Under the pieces are notes generated by a model. The model worked only from the letters and a program-made list of their open reading frames with translations. It did no database searches and had not been told where the DNA came from. A stretch of DNA of 64,000 nt from the human T2T-CHM13v2.0 reference genome, Homo sapiens, in the NCBI RefSeq assembly GCF_009914755.1, contig NC_060929.1. One strand, written 5' to 3'. Below, one piece after another: positions 62,628-64,000 of the stretch. A program made the translations under genes and the position numbers. Position 1 is the first letter of the stretch, and each line of letters starts with the position of its first letter.

Positions 62628-64000
62628 ATCAGGGACCCACTTAAAGAAGCAGTCTGGCCATGATTTGATACAGAAGCTGTGCTGTGCTGGGGGATCCCTT
62701 CTGCCCTCGGTCAGTTTGGGATCTCCTAAGTCCACAGTCTGGAATGGCTGTGTTATCCAAACAACAAAGATGGTAGCCCACCCCTGCCCCTGGAAACCCT
62801 GTTCTGGGTAAAGGTGACACTGTTGCCAGTGGTTGGCTGGAATTCCAAGCCAATGGGTCTTATCCTGTCAGAAGCCATGGAAATGGGACCTACATACCAT
62901 CACTGTTCTGCCCCTTGGATTCAGCCCCTTCCCAGGGGAGGTCCAACCTCCCACCTTGCCAGAGTTGCAGTCACTTTTGCCAGGAAGCCTGGAACCAGAA
63001 TATGTAAAGCTCCTGGGCCTCTGTGTGTGCCTGAGCAGCTGCTCCCCCAAGACTCCACACAGTTCTGTGTATCAGACTGAAGGACCTGGTAGAGTGGATT
63101 CATGAGGGATCTCCTGACCCAAGAGTGATCTTTTGGGGGTTGCAAAGATCCACTGGAGAAGCATTGTTTCCCAGGGTTGCCCATTCACTAACCACTTCCC
63201 TGGATGGAGGAGGTTCCCCTGGCTCTGTGTCACTCCCGGGTGGGCTGTCATCCTGTCTTGCTTTTCTTCATTTTCTGTGGGTTGTTTCCTTGATTAGCCC
63301 CAATGTGAGTACCTAGATGTTTCAGTTGAAGGTGCTGTATTTACTTGCCCCTTTCATTCCTCTCTGTGAGAGCCACACACCATAGCTGCTTCTAATTGGC
63401 CATCTTGGCCCAAATCCCCAGCATTTTAAAGCAGATTAAGAATTGTCAAATTCTTCCTTAGGGTAGGAAGGACTCAGAACTACAATGCTTTGAGTCAAGA
63501 CTTCTTCCTCCTCCTGATTCTTTCTTTATTGAAAAAAAGATCAACAGGAAAGACATTAGGTCCTGTCACTTGAAACTTAGCATTTATTATTCCCTAATTT
63601 TGCACTCCACCTCTCCTGTCTTGACTACTTCTGTAACTGACTTGACTGATGACCAGAAATGAAGTGTAAGCAAATTCTACTGGAAGAATAATATAGCCAA
63701 GGTTCAGAGAGAGAGCAGAGTGTTATTTGGAAACCACTCTGTTCCATTCATGACAGCATGAAAATTAATCATTAATGAGCTATTCTTTTATTTACAAAGA
63801 TGATGCCACTGATTCAAGACCAGGCATTACCTCTGAATTAGTTTTTTGTAAGTAGGGAATGACTGTACAGAATCTTTCACAATATTGCTCATTCCTTTAT
63901 TATCAGCAAGTTACTATCAGCAAGTTGCAGTTTGGCTGCCTAGGATAAGTGAAGTCTGTAACTATATACCAGTACATCAAGAATCTTTATTTTTAATGTA

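Overview
Primate, human-like, AT-rich genomic DNA. I found no intact protein-coding gene and no RNA gene. Positions 1-25 kb are mostly unique sequence with old repeats (MIR, L2, L1MC/ME, MER3, MER53, MER81, ERVL/MaLR) and Alus. Positions 25.8-63.4 kb are almost all nested LINE-1. The main finding is a single 7.1-kb insertion (44541-51654) bounded by one target-site duplication (TSD), AAGAAAGATCTAC. It fuses a processed DDX18 mRNA copy, lacking poly(A), to an L1PA7-like element 12 nt upstream of the ORF2 ATG, so the host gene sits where L1 ORF1 would be. Both halves are now disabled. Other findings are a 3'UTR-only SUMO1 retrocopy with a perfect TSD, an orphan polyadenylated insert inside an L1 5'UTR, a 17-kb L1MA2 holding six nested insertions, and several locally templated insertion or fold-back scars. 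Repeat subfamily and parent-gene names are from recalled consensus or mRNA sequences, not from a database search.
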